This document shows, one piece after another, positions 46,294-56,218 of a stretch of DNA of 56,809 nt. Numbering within the stretch: position 1 is the stretch's first letter; each line of letters starts with the position of its first letter. Made by a program: the position numbers and the translations under genes. Source of the stretch: Candidatus Bathyarchaeia archaeon (lineage in GTDB: Archaea > Thermoproteota > Bathyarchaeia > Bathyarchaeales > Bathycorpusculaceae); NCBI GenBank assembly GCA_050012755.1, contig JBEKGO010000010.1, forward strand, positions 1 to 56,809, written 5' to 3'. Below the pieces are notes generated by a model, which ran no database searches, was not told where the DNA came from, and saw only the letters and a list, made by a program, of their open reading frames with translations.

Positions 46294-46782
46294 CTTTCTT
46301 TCTCTCCGCCTTACGATTGAATCAGTCTAAAAGTAATAACCTTTCTGTTAAAATTAATAATTGCATCAGATTTTCTGCTCTCACAGATTCCGGGTCTACT
46401 TCTTCAATTAGCAAGTCTTGTGAAGTTGACGGTTGATTATTTTCTTTTCAGTTCAATTTACAAAATATTAGCAAACAAATTCAATTAAGCTTCAGCAATT
46501 TATTTTTTGGCTGAGTTGGGTTCATGCCCACTAAACTAAAAGTGTGGACTCAGCGAATCTAACGTCCAACAGGTGGGATACAAAATTGGGAAATCCGATT
46601 TCGGGAATCATGGGTTTGCTGAACGTTGATTCGCTGAGGTTTTCATCGGAGATTTTTGATCTGCATGTTTCGGCAAAATATATTATGCCCTTGTTGGTTT
46701 TTAAGAATTGCACAAATAATCTATAGACAAAAAAATAGACTATAATAAGTAATTAGACGGGTGTGTCAACACCCAAGTCCTG

Positions 46783-46977
46783 ATGTAAAGCACTCTTAGA
46801 GTAACGTCCTTGCGCGATTTCGGCAACTATGAAATAATATTCTGTCCAGTCTGCGGATTAGATTATCAAGTCATCAAAAAAACAAGCCAAGTCATAATTA
46901 AATCGATTCAGATGCATGAACTAAACACACAATCAACCAATTCTCTAATTCAAACACCGATCAACAGCAAGTTTTAA
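46783..46977 (+). pseudogene. Possible decayed zinc-ribbon (LysW-like) gene
   Basis: Frame ...STLRVTSLRDFGNYEIIFCPVCGLDYQVIKK... is preceded by ATG-TAA where the first CxxC would be expected. Confidence 0.25.
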
Positions 46978-47003
46978 CTACCAACCCGCTTTCTTTGACT
47001 TTT

Positions 47004-47549
47004 ATGAAAGAAATAGAAGTAAAGATTCTAGATATAGACAGAAAAGAAGTTGAAGAAAGACTCACAAGTTTGGGCGCCAAAAAAATTTTGGATAGTGACA
47101 TCCAAACAATCTTCTTTGATTTCCAAGATGGCAAAATAATAAAAGCAAAAGACGTTTTGCGTTTAAGAAGAGAAGACAACAAAGTTGAATTAACGTACAA
47201 AAAAGTCCACACAACTCAAACTGCTAAAGAAGCAGAAGAATATTCCGTTGACGTGTCAAACATTGAAGAAATGCGAAAAATCCTTGAAAACTTGGGTTTA
47301 CACGAAACGGAAAATATGCTTAAACATCGTATTAGCTACAAACTGGACAACGCACGCTTCGACATGGACCACTACTTAGAAGCATACAGTTTCATTCCAG
47401 AGTTTATGGAAATTGAAGCGGAAAACACAGAGTTAATTGACCATTACGCTGAACTCTTAGGTTTCAAACCCAAAGACTGCTTGCCTTGGTCAACTTACGA
47501 TATTATTCAATATTATTCTTCAAAAAAAGAAAAAGTATCTGAGGGTTAA
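47004..47549 (+). CDS. CYTH domain protein (class IV adenylate cyclase / triphosphate tunnel metalloenzyme)
   Basis: EIEVK (ExExK), LRLR, LTYK, K.R.SY and FMEIEA. Confidence 0.88.
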   Translation: MKEIEVKILDIDRKEVEERLTSLGAKKILDSDIQTIFFDFQDGKIIKAKDVLRLRREDNKVELTYKKVHTTQTAKEAEEYSVDVSNIEEMRKILENLGLHETENMLKHRISYKLDNARFDMDHYLEAYSFIPEFMEIEAENTELIDHYAELLGFKPKDCLPWSTYDIIQYYSSKKEKVSEG

Positions 47550-47563
47550 TTTAGGGTTCTTTG

Positions 47564-48184
47564 CTAAGCAGGTTTTTGAGCCGAATCTGTACTTGCGCGA
47601 ACAGAACTTGAGCTAGAACTTGGTTCTGTTGGCTTTGGAGGGACTGTAACTTTTGGTGGGATCGTTGACTTTGCAGGGGTAGGTTTTACTGTAGCTTTGA
47701 CTTTTGCTGGTGGAGTGGGTTTTTTTTCGGCTTTTTTAGCCTTAGATGGAGCAGCTGCTAAGAATTTTGTCTTTGCAGTTACGGTTCTTTTGGTCTTCCC
47801 CAGTTTCTTTTTTGAAGCATTCCACAAAGGAGCTTTTCCATGTTCTTGTACATATTTGTTCAATAGTTCTTTTTGCATTGTTTTTGGTTTATCATAGGAC
47901 ACCCAGCTGATGGCAGTTTTTTCAATGTAACCGTCGCCTAGCAAGGATTTACTGATTTTCTTTGTGTTTTTTCCGCCGTATCCAGCTAAGTATCCTCCGA
48001 AAATCCTTCTGGCAAGCTTTTTGGATCGACCAATATAGATTATGTCTGTTGCTGCTTTCCCAGTAAGAGACGTATCTATTATAGCGAAAACACTGTTACT
48101 AATAGAGGGCAGGCTTGAGAATGAAACAGTTTTCAAGGAACATGGCTGCGAAAAACCACTTTCTTTTAATGTTAGAGAATTCAC
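47564..48184 (-). CDS. Hypothetical protein with GIY-YIG-like domain and Lys/Pro/Ala/Thr-rich tail
   Basis: SVFAII...IIYIGRSKKLARRI...PLWN, followed by a low-complexity basic tail. Confidence 0.6.
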   Translation of the reverse strand: MNSLTLKESGFSQPCSLKTVSFSSLPSISNSVFAIIDTSLTGKAATDIIYIGRSKKLARRIFGGYLAGYGGKNTKKISKSLLGDGYIEKTAISWVSYDKPKTMQKELLNKYVQEHGKAPLWNASKKKLGKTKRTVTAKTKFLAAAPSKAKKAEKKPTPPAKVKATVKPTPAKSTIPPKVTVPPKPTEPSSSSSSVRASTDSAQKPA

Positions 48185-48599
48185 GTTAAATCACACTTCC
48201 TTTTTAATTTTAAAGAATCATGTATATCCTAAAATCTTTGACCAAAATATAACCCTTGCTATAACATCTTTTATCAAATTAAATATATAGAGATATATAT
48301 TACTATATAATCTATTTTGGAAGCACTTAACCCTCCATCTGTTTCTCTTGTTATCCGGAGAAACAAAGAAAATGGCAACCAAAAAAATTCCACTATTTGA
48401 ATACGAAAATTTTGCCTGCAGAAAACCAAAAACCGTGGAAACCAACGAACTCTCAGGGAAGCGCAAACGCTGACCATAAAATCGCAGTCCCTGAGAAGAA
48501 GATTTTTGTGAAGATTAACTGATAAAGAGGTAAAACTAATTATCTCTGCTTAACGATGAGTCTAGCAGAAACCTCCAAAAACGCTGGATGCAATAGTCT

Positions 48600-50735
48600 A
48601 TGTCCGAGCAAAAAAATGATCCTGATGGCAATTTTGACTTAAGCGAGAAAAAACTCCTAGATAACCCAAACTATTTCCTAAACAGGGAACTCAGCTGGAT
48701 CAGATTTAATGCACGCGTCCTAGAGGAAGCACGTGACCGTTGGCATCCTTTGTTGGAAAGAGTCAAATTCATCGCAATCTGCGGAAGCAACCTCGACGAG
48801 TTTTTCATGACACGAATTCCTCGACTTATGAAAAAAATCAAAGCAGGATCTAACGAGAAATCAACTGACGGGATGACCGCCACAGAACAGATTGAAGCAA
48901 CAAGAGAAGAAATCATTCCACTAATCAAAAAACATGCAGATTGTTGGAGAAACGAACTTCTTCCCGCTCTCGCCAAAGAGAAAATTTATATTTGGAAATT
49001 TAGCGAATTAGGAGAAAAAGACAAGGAAAATTTGCGCAATTTCTTCAAACAAAGTATTCTTCCGTTAATCAAAACTCCACGCGAAGGATTTGATGGCGGA
49101 GTATTAGAAAATTTACACATTACGCTTTATGTAACCGGCTTTGCTAATCCAGATTCCTTCTTTTTGGTTGACGTTCCAACTGAAATGTTTGGAAGACTTA
49201 TTAGAATCCCAAAAAGCAGTAGCCAATTAACTCTAGAAGGAGAAGCAAGCGTACACTATAACTACGTCTTCTTAGAGGATTTGATGGAGAGTAATCTGCA
49301 AATATTTTTCCCAAATGAAAAAAATCTATCTTGCTGCAAATTTAGATTAACACGAAATGGAGAAATTAATATTATCATGGATGAGTCTGCCGACTTTCTT
49401 AGTTCTGTTAAAAAAGGCCTGTCCACTCGAAAAGCTGGGTTCGCAAGTAGATTAGAGTTCGAACGTAAAGTCCCCGAACTAGTTAGAGAAAAGGTAGCTA
49501 CGGCTTTAGGACTGCCTGAATACTTAACCTACGAGTTTGATGGACCACTAGGTTTCGTAGACCTTTGGCAACTGCTCAAAATAAACCGCCCGGAACTCAA
49601 AGATAAAACCTTCTTGCCCTGTTTCTCGCCGCTTTTGTCTCCTGAAAAAGACATGTTCAAAACCATTGCTAAACAAGACTTTGTCTTATATCACCCTTAT
49701 GACAGCTTTGAAGTGATCATCGACCTGCTTAAAGAAGCAGCAAAGGATCCAAGCGTTTTGGAAATCTGCATTACAATGTATCGAATGGATCATAATTCAC
49801 CTGTTGTGGAGGCATTGATAGAGGCTGCCGAAAGAGGTAAAAAAGTTACAGCAATAGTCGAATTGAAAGCAAAATTCGACGAAGAAAACAATATCATATT
49901 AGTTTCAAAACTAAGACAAGGCGGAGTAAACACCGTTTATAATTTTCCCAATTTAAAGGTACACGCAAAACTATGCTTAATCGTTAAAAAAGAAGGAGAC
50001 CAAATTATAAGATATAGTCACATTGGATCAGGAAACTATAACGCAGTAACAGCAAAAATATACGGCGACATAGGGTACTTAACAGCAAACCCTGAAGTAG
50101 GAGCAGAACTTGAAGAACTTTTCGGCATCATAATAAATGGACTTCAAGAAAAAGAATTTAATCATTTGCTGGTAGCCCCAAAAACGCTGAAAAAGGAAAT
50201 CCTCAAACGAATAGATAAAGAAATACATTTTCACCAGCAAACTGGTAATGGTTATTTGGCTTTTAAATTAAACAATCTAGAGGAGACAGAAGTTATTCAG
50301 GCCCTTTACAGGGCATCCAGGGCTGGAATTAAAATCGACCTCAACGTCCGAGGATTATGCTGTTTAAGACCGGGAATAAAAGGGATAAGTGACAACATTT
50401 CCGTGATATCTATAGTAGGGCGCTTTCTCGAGCACGCAAGAATCTACTACTTCCGAGACGACGCAAACCCTGAAGTACTTATTGGCAGCTCAGATATGAT
50501 GTTTAGAAACCTAAACGAAAGAATTGAAGTTCTCATGTCAGTTCCCGATCCACACCTCAAAAGAGCAATCTTGGAAAATATGCTGAAAATCCACCTTCGG
50601 GACAACGTTAAAGCAAGAAGGCTCTTGCCAGACGGAACTTACGTGAGAGTTACACCAAAAGAAGGGGAAAAAACCATCAATTCCCAAGCTTGGCTCATCC
50701 AAAATAGAGGTGTGTGGAATGAACGTTCCAATTAA
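48600..50735 (+). CDS. ppk1: Polyphosphate kinase 1
   Basis: NRELSWIRFNARVL, SNLDEFFM, YHPYDSF, ELKAKFDE, LKVHAK (phospho-His), HIGSGNYN, VRGLCCL, GRFLEHARI. Confidence 0.95.
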   Translation: MSEQKNDPDGNFDLSEKKLLDNPNYFLNRELSWIRFNARVLEEARDRWHPLLERVKFIAICGSNLDEFFMTRIPRLMKKIKAGSNEKSTDGMTATEQIEATREEIIPLIKKHADCWRNELLPALAKEKIYIWKFSELGEKDKENLRNFFKQSILPLIKTPREGFDGGVLENLHITLYVTGFANPDSFFLVDVPTEMFGRLIRIPKSSSQLTLEGEASVHYNYVFLEDLMESNLQIFFPNEKNLSCCKFRLTRNGEINIIMDESADFLSSVKKGLSTRKAGFASRLEFERKVPELVREKVATALGLPEYLTYEFDGPLGFVDLWQLLKINRPELKDKTFLPCFSPLLSPEKDMFKTIAKQDFVLYHPYDSFEVIIDLLKEAAKDPSVLEICITMYRMDHNSPVVEALIEAAERGKKVTAIVELKAKFDEENNIILVSKLRQGGVNTVYNFPNLKVHAKLCLIVKKEGDQIIRYSHIGSGNYNAVTAKIYGDIGYLTANPEVGAELEELFGIIINGLQEKEFNHLLVAPKTLKKEILKRIDKEIHFHQQTGNGYLAFKLNNLEETEVIQALYRASRAGIKIDLNVRGLCCLRPGIKGISDNISVISIVGRFLEHARIYYFRDDANPEVLIGSSDMMFRNLNERIEVLMSVPDPHLKRAILENMLKIHLRDNVKARRLLPDGTYVRVTPKEGEKTINSQAWLIQNRGVWNERSN

Positions 50736-53055
50736 TCCCCAAACGTGCCAAGTTGACCCAAGTTACTGCAAATTCGGCTCTGAAACAATCTTGAAGCTTC
50801 TAGATGTATTTGAAAACCAGATATACGGTGTAATAGAAAACAAAGATTCTGAATGTGTCCACAAGACACGTGTCGCCTCTCGCAGACTTAGAGCTGCATT
50901 ACCCGTCTTCAGATTATGTTTTCCTAGAAAAGACTACAAAAAATGGAAAAGTGAAATAAAAAATATTACTCGCCTGTTAGCTGATGCAAGAGATCTTGAT
51001 GTACAAATTGCGTTCTTACAACAATACATCGAAAAACTTGATTCTTCAACTGAGAAAGCAAGCCTCGACATATTATTGCAGAATCACAAAAACCAGAGAA
51101 ACAATATTCAACCAAACCTTGTTGATGGAATAAAGAAACTGAAGGCATCATACACCTTAGAAGAAATTAATATGTCTTGCCACCAATCTATTTCTATAAA
51201 ATCAATGGCGACTTTTGACAAGACAATAATTTTAGAAAAAGCGCAATGGAATATAGCATTCGGATTACAAAATTTTCTCGGCATGGAAGAATACGTTCAT
51301 AAAGAAAATGAAAAACAAAAACATCATGAAATGAGAATATGCGCCAAAAAACTCCGCTATACAATGGAAATCTTTGCGCCAATGTACAATAACAAACTCA
51401 CAAAAGAAATTGATACCATAAAGAAGTTTCAAGATACGTTGGGGGAAATGCATGATTGCGATGTCTGGATAGACTACATACCAAAATTTATTGAGGAAAC
51501 CAAAACTAACCCCACAGCGATAAACGCAGGAACCATTGCAGACTTTGAACAGGCCCTATTAAAATTTACAACTTTTGTAAAAGACGAAAGAAAAAAGCAT
51601 TATACTCAATTTGTAAATCTATGGGAAGAAAATAAGAAAGAGAACTCTTTCTCTAGATTGAGAGCAACAACGAACTCAGAATTAATTCAAGCCGAGGAGA
51701 AAACCATGAAGATGATAACAAATTCTAATGTCAAAATTGCTGTTTTATCCGATATCCACGCAAACATCAATGCTTTAGAAAGAGTAGTTCGTGATGCCGA
51801 AGAACGTGGCGCAAGTCTTCTAGTCAATGCTGGAGACTCACTCGGATTTGGTCCTTGTCCGAACGAAGTTGTCGATTTTATGTGTGAAAAAAATATCTTG
51901 AGCGTTTTGGGAAATTACGATGTTGAAGTTATTGAAGGCAAGATCAAAGACAAAAGCCAAAAAAACCTTGCATTTCAATTTGCAAAAAAAGAACTAAAAA
52001 AATCATGCGAAAATTATCTTAACTCACTTCCACGGGAACGACGCATCGAAGTCGTAGGCAAGAAACTGCTAATAACACATGGAAGCCCAGAATTCATAGA
52101 AGAGCACATTTACCACAATACTCCAGTTGAAAGACTAAAAACTCTAGCAGAAACCGCCAAAGTAGATATAATAATCTTGGGGCATACACATGAGCAATTT
52201 TGGAGACAGATAGATGGAGTTTCTTTTGTTAACCCTGGAAGCGTGGGGAGACCTGGAGACGGTAACCCTCAGACGGGTTACGCTATGTTAAGTTTTGATC
52301 CCTTCAAAGTTGAGTTATTTAGGCTAGACTACGATGTAACAGCTGCTGCAGATGCTCTTAGAAAAAAACGGTTACCTCAAAGCTTCGCTCAAATGCTGCT
52401 CCGAGGTGTGTCCCTAGATGCAGTAAACAAAGAAGACGAGAAGAAAAAAGAAAGCTTGGTCCAAAATTACAAGGAGACGGTTGAAGGTTGTCGGAATTTC
52501 GCACTCAAATATTGGAAAGACACTGAACACAGCGCACAGGTTACTCAATTTTCTTTACAGTTTTTTGATTGTTTAGCTAGCATGCACAAGTTGGGTAATC
52601 GTGAGAGATGTTGGCTTGAATGCGCTTCAATCCTTCACGATATCGGCTTGTCCAAAGGGAGGGGAGGACATAACAAAGAAACTGCCAAGCTAATTCTTAA
52701 CGATATACAATTGCCATTTAGTTCACAAGAAAGACAAATTGTAGCAAGCGTCGCTCGATACCACCGGAAAGGATTACCTAAACGAAATCATTACAACCTT
52801 CGCGCTCTGGACCGGATAACCATCAATAAAATAAAAGTTTTGGCAAGCTTTCTCCGCGTAGCAGATGGCTTAGATTACACACACCAATCAATTGTAAAAA
52901 AAGTAAACATAAGAGAGGACACAAATTGCGTTATTGTTGAATACGAATCAGGGAATAAATCAATCTTGGAAGAGCAGGCTTTTAATAAGAAGAAAGATTT
53001 GTTTGAAAAGGTCTTCGCAAAAACATTGGTGCTGATATGGAAACAACTGTCATAA
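50719..53055 (+). CDS. CHAD domain + metallophosphoesterase (YfcE-like) + HD domain fusion protein
   Basis: CHAD: VHKTRVASRRLR, RDLDV, HEMRICAKKLRY, QDTLGEMHD. MPE: SDIHAN, AGD, GNYD, THGSP, GHTH, NPGSVG. HD: LHDIG, RYHRK, LRVADGLD. Overlaps ppk1 and ppx. Confidence 0.88.
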   Translation: MNVPINPQTCQVDPSYCKFGSETILKLLDVFENQIYGVIENKDSECVHKTRVASRRLRAALPVFRLCFPRKDYKKWKSEIKNITRLLADARDLDVQIAFLQQYIEKLDSSTEKASLDILLQNHKNQRNNIQPNLVDGIKKLKASYTLEEINMSCHQSISIKSMATFDKTIILEKAQWNIAFGLQNFLGMEEYVHKENEKQKHHEMRICAKKLRYTMEIFAPMYNNKLTKEIDTIKKFQDTLGEMHDCDVWIDYIPKFIEETKTNPTAINAGTIADFEQALLKFTTFVKDERKKHYTQFVNLWEENKKENSFSRLRATTNSELIQAEEKTMKMITNSNVKIAVLSDIHANINALERVVRDAEERGASLLVNAGDSLGFGPCPNEVVDFMCEKNILSVLGNYDVEVIEGKIKDKSQKNLAFQFAKKELKKSCENYLNSLPRERRIEVVGKKLLITHGSPEFIEEHIYHNTPVERLKTLAETAKVDIIILGHTHEQFWRQIDGVSFVNPGSVGRPGDGNPQTGYAMLSFDPFKVELFRLDYDVTAAADALRKKRLPQSFAQMLLRGVSLDAVNKEDEKKKESLVQNYKETVEGCRNFALKYWKDTEHSAQVTQFSLQFFDCLASMHKLGNRERCWLECASILHDIGLSKGRGGHNKETAKLILNDIQLPFSSQERQIVASVARYHRKGLPKRNHYNLRALDRITINKIKVLASFLRVADGLDYTHQSIVKKVNIREDTNCVIVEYESGNKSILEEQAFNKKKDLFEKVFAKTLVLIWKQLS

Positions 53056-54623
53056 AGAACTCTTCGCGTGTAGTAGGTTTTGTAGACATCGGTACAAACG
53101 CAATACGTCTATTAGTCGTTAGAATAAACCCTAATTTCTCTTACACAATCGTTAGTCAGGAAAAAGAAGTAATTAGACTCGGTGAACAAGAATTTAAAGA
53201 CCATATTCTTAAACCAGACGCAATAGAACGTGCCATTTTCGTATGTGGAAAATTCCTCGAACTAGCTAAAACATACGGGGCGACAGAAATGATTGCTGTG
53301 GGAACCTCAGCTATTCGAGAAGCAAAAAACCAAACTGAATTCCTCGAAAAACTTTGCAGCGAAACAGGACTCAAAGTAAACGTGATTAGCGGAGAAGAAG
53401 AAGCACGACTAATCTGCCTAGGTGTTTCAAGCGGGATAGATATCGGTGAAGAAAAAGTTGTTTTTGTAGATTTAGGTGGCGGGAGTACTGAAATCTGCAT
53501 CGGCAATCAGTTTGATTGTTTTTACGTGAGCAGCCTCAAGTTAGGGGCAATAAGGCTGACAGCCCAGTTTATCGGTGAAGGTTGGACTCGACCTATAGAC
53601 TTCAACATTTACCAGCAAATGAAGAATTATGCAGCCAGCAAAATGAGACCAGTTAGAGCGAAAGTCCAAGAGCATGGTGTTAGGCTAGCTTGGGGATCGT
53701 CAGGCACCATCATAAACTTGGCAGAAATAGCAAACAAAGTGTTAAAGAAGAATGGAAACGGAAACGGCGGCCTCACACTGTCAAGAAAGAACCTAAAAAA
53801 GTTGGCACCCATTCTTTGCTCGCAGTCACTTGAAGAAAGAAAAAAGATGCCCGCTATGAATCCTGATCGCGCAGACATTATAATCGCTGGAGCAGCCATA
53901 TTGGAGGCCCTCATGGAAGAGTTAGGCTTGGAAGAAATCAAAGTTAGTCATAGAGAACTACGAGATGGACTTCTTGTTGACTATCTTTCAAATTTTGAAG
54001 GCTTCCGAGATCTTCAAAAAACACCAATGAGAAATAGAAGTGTTTTACATTTAGGCAGGTCCTGCAACTTTGATGAGAAACATTCAGAAGCTGTTGCAAC
54101 ATTGGCACTTCAGCTCTTTGACAGCGCAAAACAAATTGGCCTCCACGATTTGGGTGAAAACGAAAAAGAACTTTTGAAATATTCCTCAATCTTACATGAT
54201 GTCGGCGATTTTCTTTCTTTTAGCGATCATCATCTACATTCGCACTATATCATCTGCAATGCTGAACTTCTTGGTTTTGATCCCCAAGAAATTCAAATAA
54301 TGGCAAACATTGCACGTTTTCATAGGAAAAAATTGCCTTCAAAAAAAGCCATGAAGGCGACAGGAATGGAGGAAAAAATCAAGGAGTGTGTTGCCATTCT
54401 TTCAACATTCCTAAGATTTGCAGAAAAACTTGACCGAAGCCACAGTGGACTAGTAAAAAAAGCTGAGTTTATAAGAGAGGATAAAGACCGGATTTTGCTA
54501 GAATTCTATTCAGACTCAGACTGCAGTTTCGAGGAATGGAGTGTTATCCAAAATAAGCAAGCATTCTATGAAGCCTTCGGCAAACAACTAGACGTTCACT
54601 GTCAAGTTACACCCAGCGCATAA
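53037..54623 (+). CDS. ppx: Exopolyphosphatase Ppx/GppA with HD domain
   Basis: DIGTNAIRL, GTSAIREA, SGEEEARL, DLGGGSTE, LRDG, LHDVG. Confidence 0.92.
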   Translation: METTVIKNSSRVVGFVDIGTNAIRLLVVRINPNFSYTIVSQEKEVIRLGEQEFKDHILKPDAIERAIFVCGKFLELAKTYGATEMIAVGTSAIREAKNQTEFLEKLCSETGLKVNVISGEEEARLICLGVSSGIDIGEEKVVFVDLGGGSTEICIGNQFDCFYVSSLKLGAIRLTAQFIGEGWTRPIDFNIYQQMKNYAASKMRPVRAKVQEHGVRLAWGSSGTIINLAEIANKVLKKNGNGNGGLTLSRKNLKKLAPILCSQSLEERKKMPAMNPDRADIIIAGAAILEALMEELGLEEIKVSHRELRDGLLVDYLSNFEGFRDLQKTPMRNRSVLHLGRSCNFDEKHSEAVATLALQLFDSAKQIGLHDLGENEKELLKYSSILHDVGDFLSFSDHHLHSHYIICNAELLGFDPQEIQIMANIARFHRKKLPSKKAMKATGMEEKIKECVAILSTFLRFAEKLDRSHSGLVKKAEFIREDKDRILLEFYSDSDCSFEEWSVIQNKQAFYEAFGKQLDVHCQVTPSA

Positions 54624-54629
54624 GTGCGT

Positions 54630-55532
54630 TTATTCTTTTTCCAGCTCAGCCTTCGCTTTCTCCAAACTTTCATATTGCTCTTTACTTAAAACAGGATATT
54701 TTAGATTAAGTTTGTCTATTTGTGACACAATTATTTCAGAGACCAATGAATGAGAAACCCATTTCTTGTCAGCAGGAATAACATACCATGGCGACCATTC
54801 AGTAGTTGTATTATTAAGCACGTCTTCATACGCTTGCATATAATCATCCCATTTTGACCGTTCAGACAGATCAGTAAGCGAAAACTTCCACTCTTTATCA
54901 GGAGTTTCTAAGCGCTTAAGAAGGCGTTGTTTTTGCTCTTCTTTAGAAATATGAAGAAAGAATTTTAGAACTACTGTGCCGTTTCGGACAAGATGGCGTT
55001 CATACATATTTATGTCGTCATATCGTTGATCCCAAAACCCTTTTCCCTCCAACTGCGCAGGAAGCTTCGTCTTCTCCAAGACTTCAGGGCGAACTTTGAC
55101 GATGAGTACATCTTCATAGTATGATCGGTTGAAAATTCCGATGCTTCCTCTCTCCGGCAGAGCTTTTGTGTAGCGCCAAAGGAAATCATGATTTAGCTCT
55201 TCTTCCGAAGGAGTTTTGAAACCGGCAACATGGCAACCTTGAGGATTAACCCCTGACATAACATGTTGGATAGTGCCATCTTTTCCCGCTGCATCCATAC
55301 CTTGCAAAATAATTAGCATAGAGTAACTGCTGCTTGCCCAAAGCAGTTCTTGCTTTTCAACCAGTTTTTCTCTATTGGCCTCGAGAATTTTTGATGCTTG
55401 TTCTTTTATCGTTTTTTTGTCTTCTTTTTCTTCTTGGTCTTTGGCCCATTTCGGAATCCAAGCCGTATCATAATTGTCTAAACTGATTTTTTTGCCAAGG
55501 GGCACCTTAAAATCTTCAGTATCCGTTTGCAT
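54630..55532 (-). CDS. ppk2: Polyphosphate kinase 2 family protein (class III-like)
   Basis: QGMDAAGKDG, GVNPQG, HDFLWR, FNRSYYE, KFFLHISKEEQ, PWYVIPAD. Confidence 0.92.
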   Translation of the reverse strand: MQTDTEDFKVPLGKKISLDNYDTAWIPKWAKDQEEKEDKKTIKEQASKILEANREKLVEKQELLWASSSYSMLIILQGMDAAGKDGTIQHVMSGVNPQGCHVAGFKTPSEEELNHDFLWRYTKALPERGSIGIFNRSYYEDVLIVKVRPEVLEKTKLPAQLEGKGFWDQRYDDINMYERHLVRNGTVVLKFFLHISKEEQKQRLLKRLETPDKEWKFSLTDLSERSKWDDYMQAYEDVLNNTTTEWSPWYVIPADKKWVSHSLVSEIIVSQIDKLNLKYPVLSKEQYESLEKAKAELEKE

Positions 55533-55680
55533 GGAAACATCCCTATTGACTGTAGGTTATGCTACTTAATAACAGATACTGAACCTTCAAACAGCCAGAT
55601 TAAGTACCAAGAATATAAATTGTATATTGAGAGATTGGCTTCGGAAAAAAAGTTAAGCAGGTTTAGCCTGCAAAGTTGCG

Positions 55681-55920
55681 TTATGCTTTGATATCAGCAG
55701 ATTTTCCATGAACGCAATAGTACATCTGATCCAGCGAGTATTTCGTAAAAACTGCGCAATTGGGACATAAACACCCAACCGGCTTGACAGTTTCTTTTGC
55801 TTTTCCTCTTGCGCAGAAAACGGTGTTGCTTAAATTTGATTGTTTGAAGGTTGGGCAAGTAGGGCACAGGCACAGCTTAGCATTTTCCTCGTTGTCTGGA
55901 GCCGGATTTCCCAAAATCAT
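55681..55920 (-). CDS. Cys-rich small protein (DUF2769-like)
   Basis: CLCPTCPTF...FCARGK...GCLCPNCAV...YYC; alternative ATG at 55947. Confidence 0.7.
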   Translation of the reverse strand: MILGNPAPDNEENAKLCLCPTCPTFKQSNLSNTVFCARGKAKETVKPVGCLCPNCAVFTKYSLDQMYYCVHGKSADIKA

Positions 55921-56218
55921 TACCGAAAAAACATTCTGGCTAAACAATATAATAATTTGTGATTGTTCGAAACCACCAACAAAACCTAAGCGGTTGTTTG
56001 CCGATTTTGTATGACATAGATATCTTGTATGCTGACTAAACCGTTGTCTTCAACTATTCTTTTTAGTTCTGGAAGAAGCGGTGCGGTCATGCTCCGGTTA
56101 AAAAAACAAGCTTAACTATTCCAGCGCTAGACCGCTTCTGCTTGTAGCGTCAAAAACGCCATTTCCGAAAGCTAAAATAAGCTGGCGACAAAATTATAGC
56201 CATTTGAGGTTTAAACCT

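Noticed and set aside
48447-48459. ACTCTCAGG resembles the glycine riboswitch core
   Set aside because: The other conserved aptamer elements (CCGAAG and P1-P3 pairing) could not be found and the downstream gene is ppk1.
167-56014. Numerous short ORFs in the track that overlap longer genes on the opposite strand or in other frames
   Set aside because: They are shadow ORFs of well-supported genes and have no recognisable motifs.
56074-56139. 9-bp inverted repeat AGAAGCGGT/ACCGCTTCT upstream of eno
   Set aside because: Single stem with a 48-nt loop and no tRNA or known ncRNA features; may be chance.
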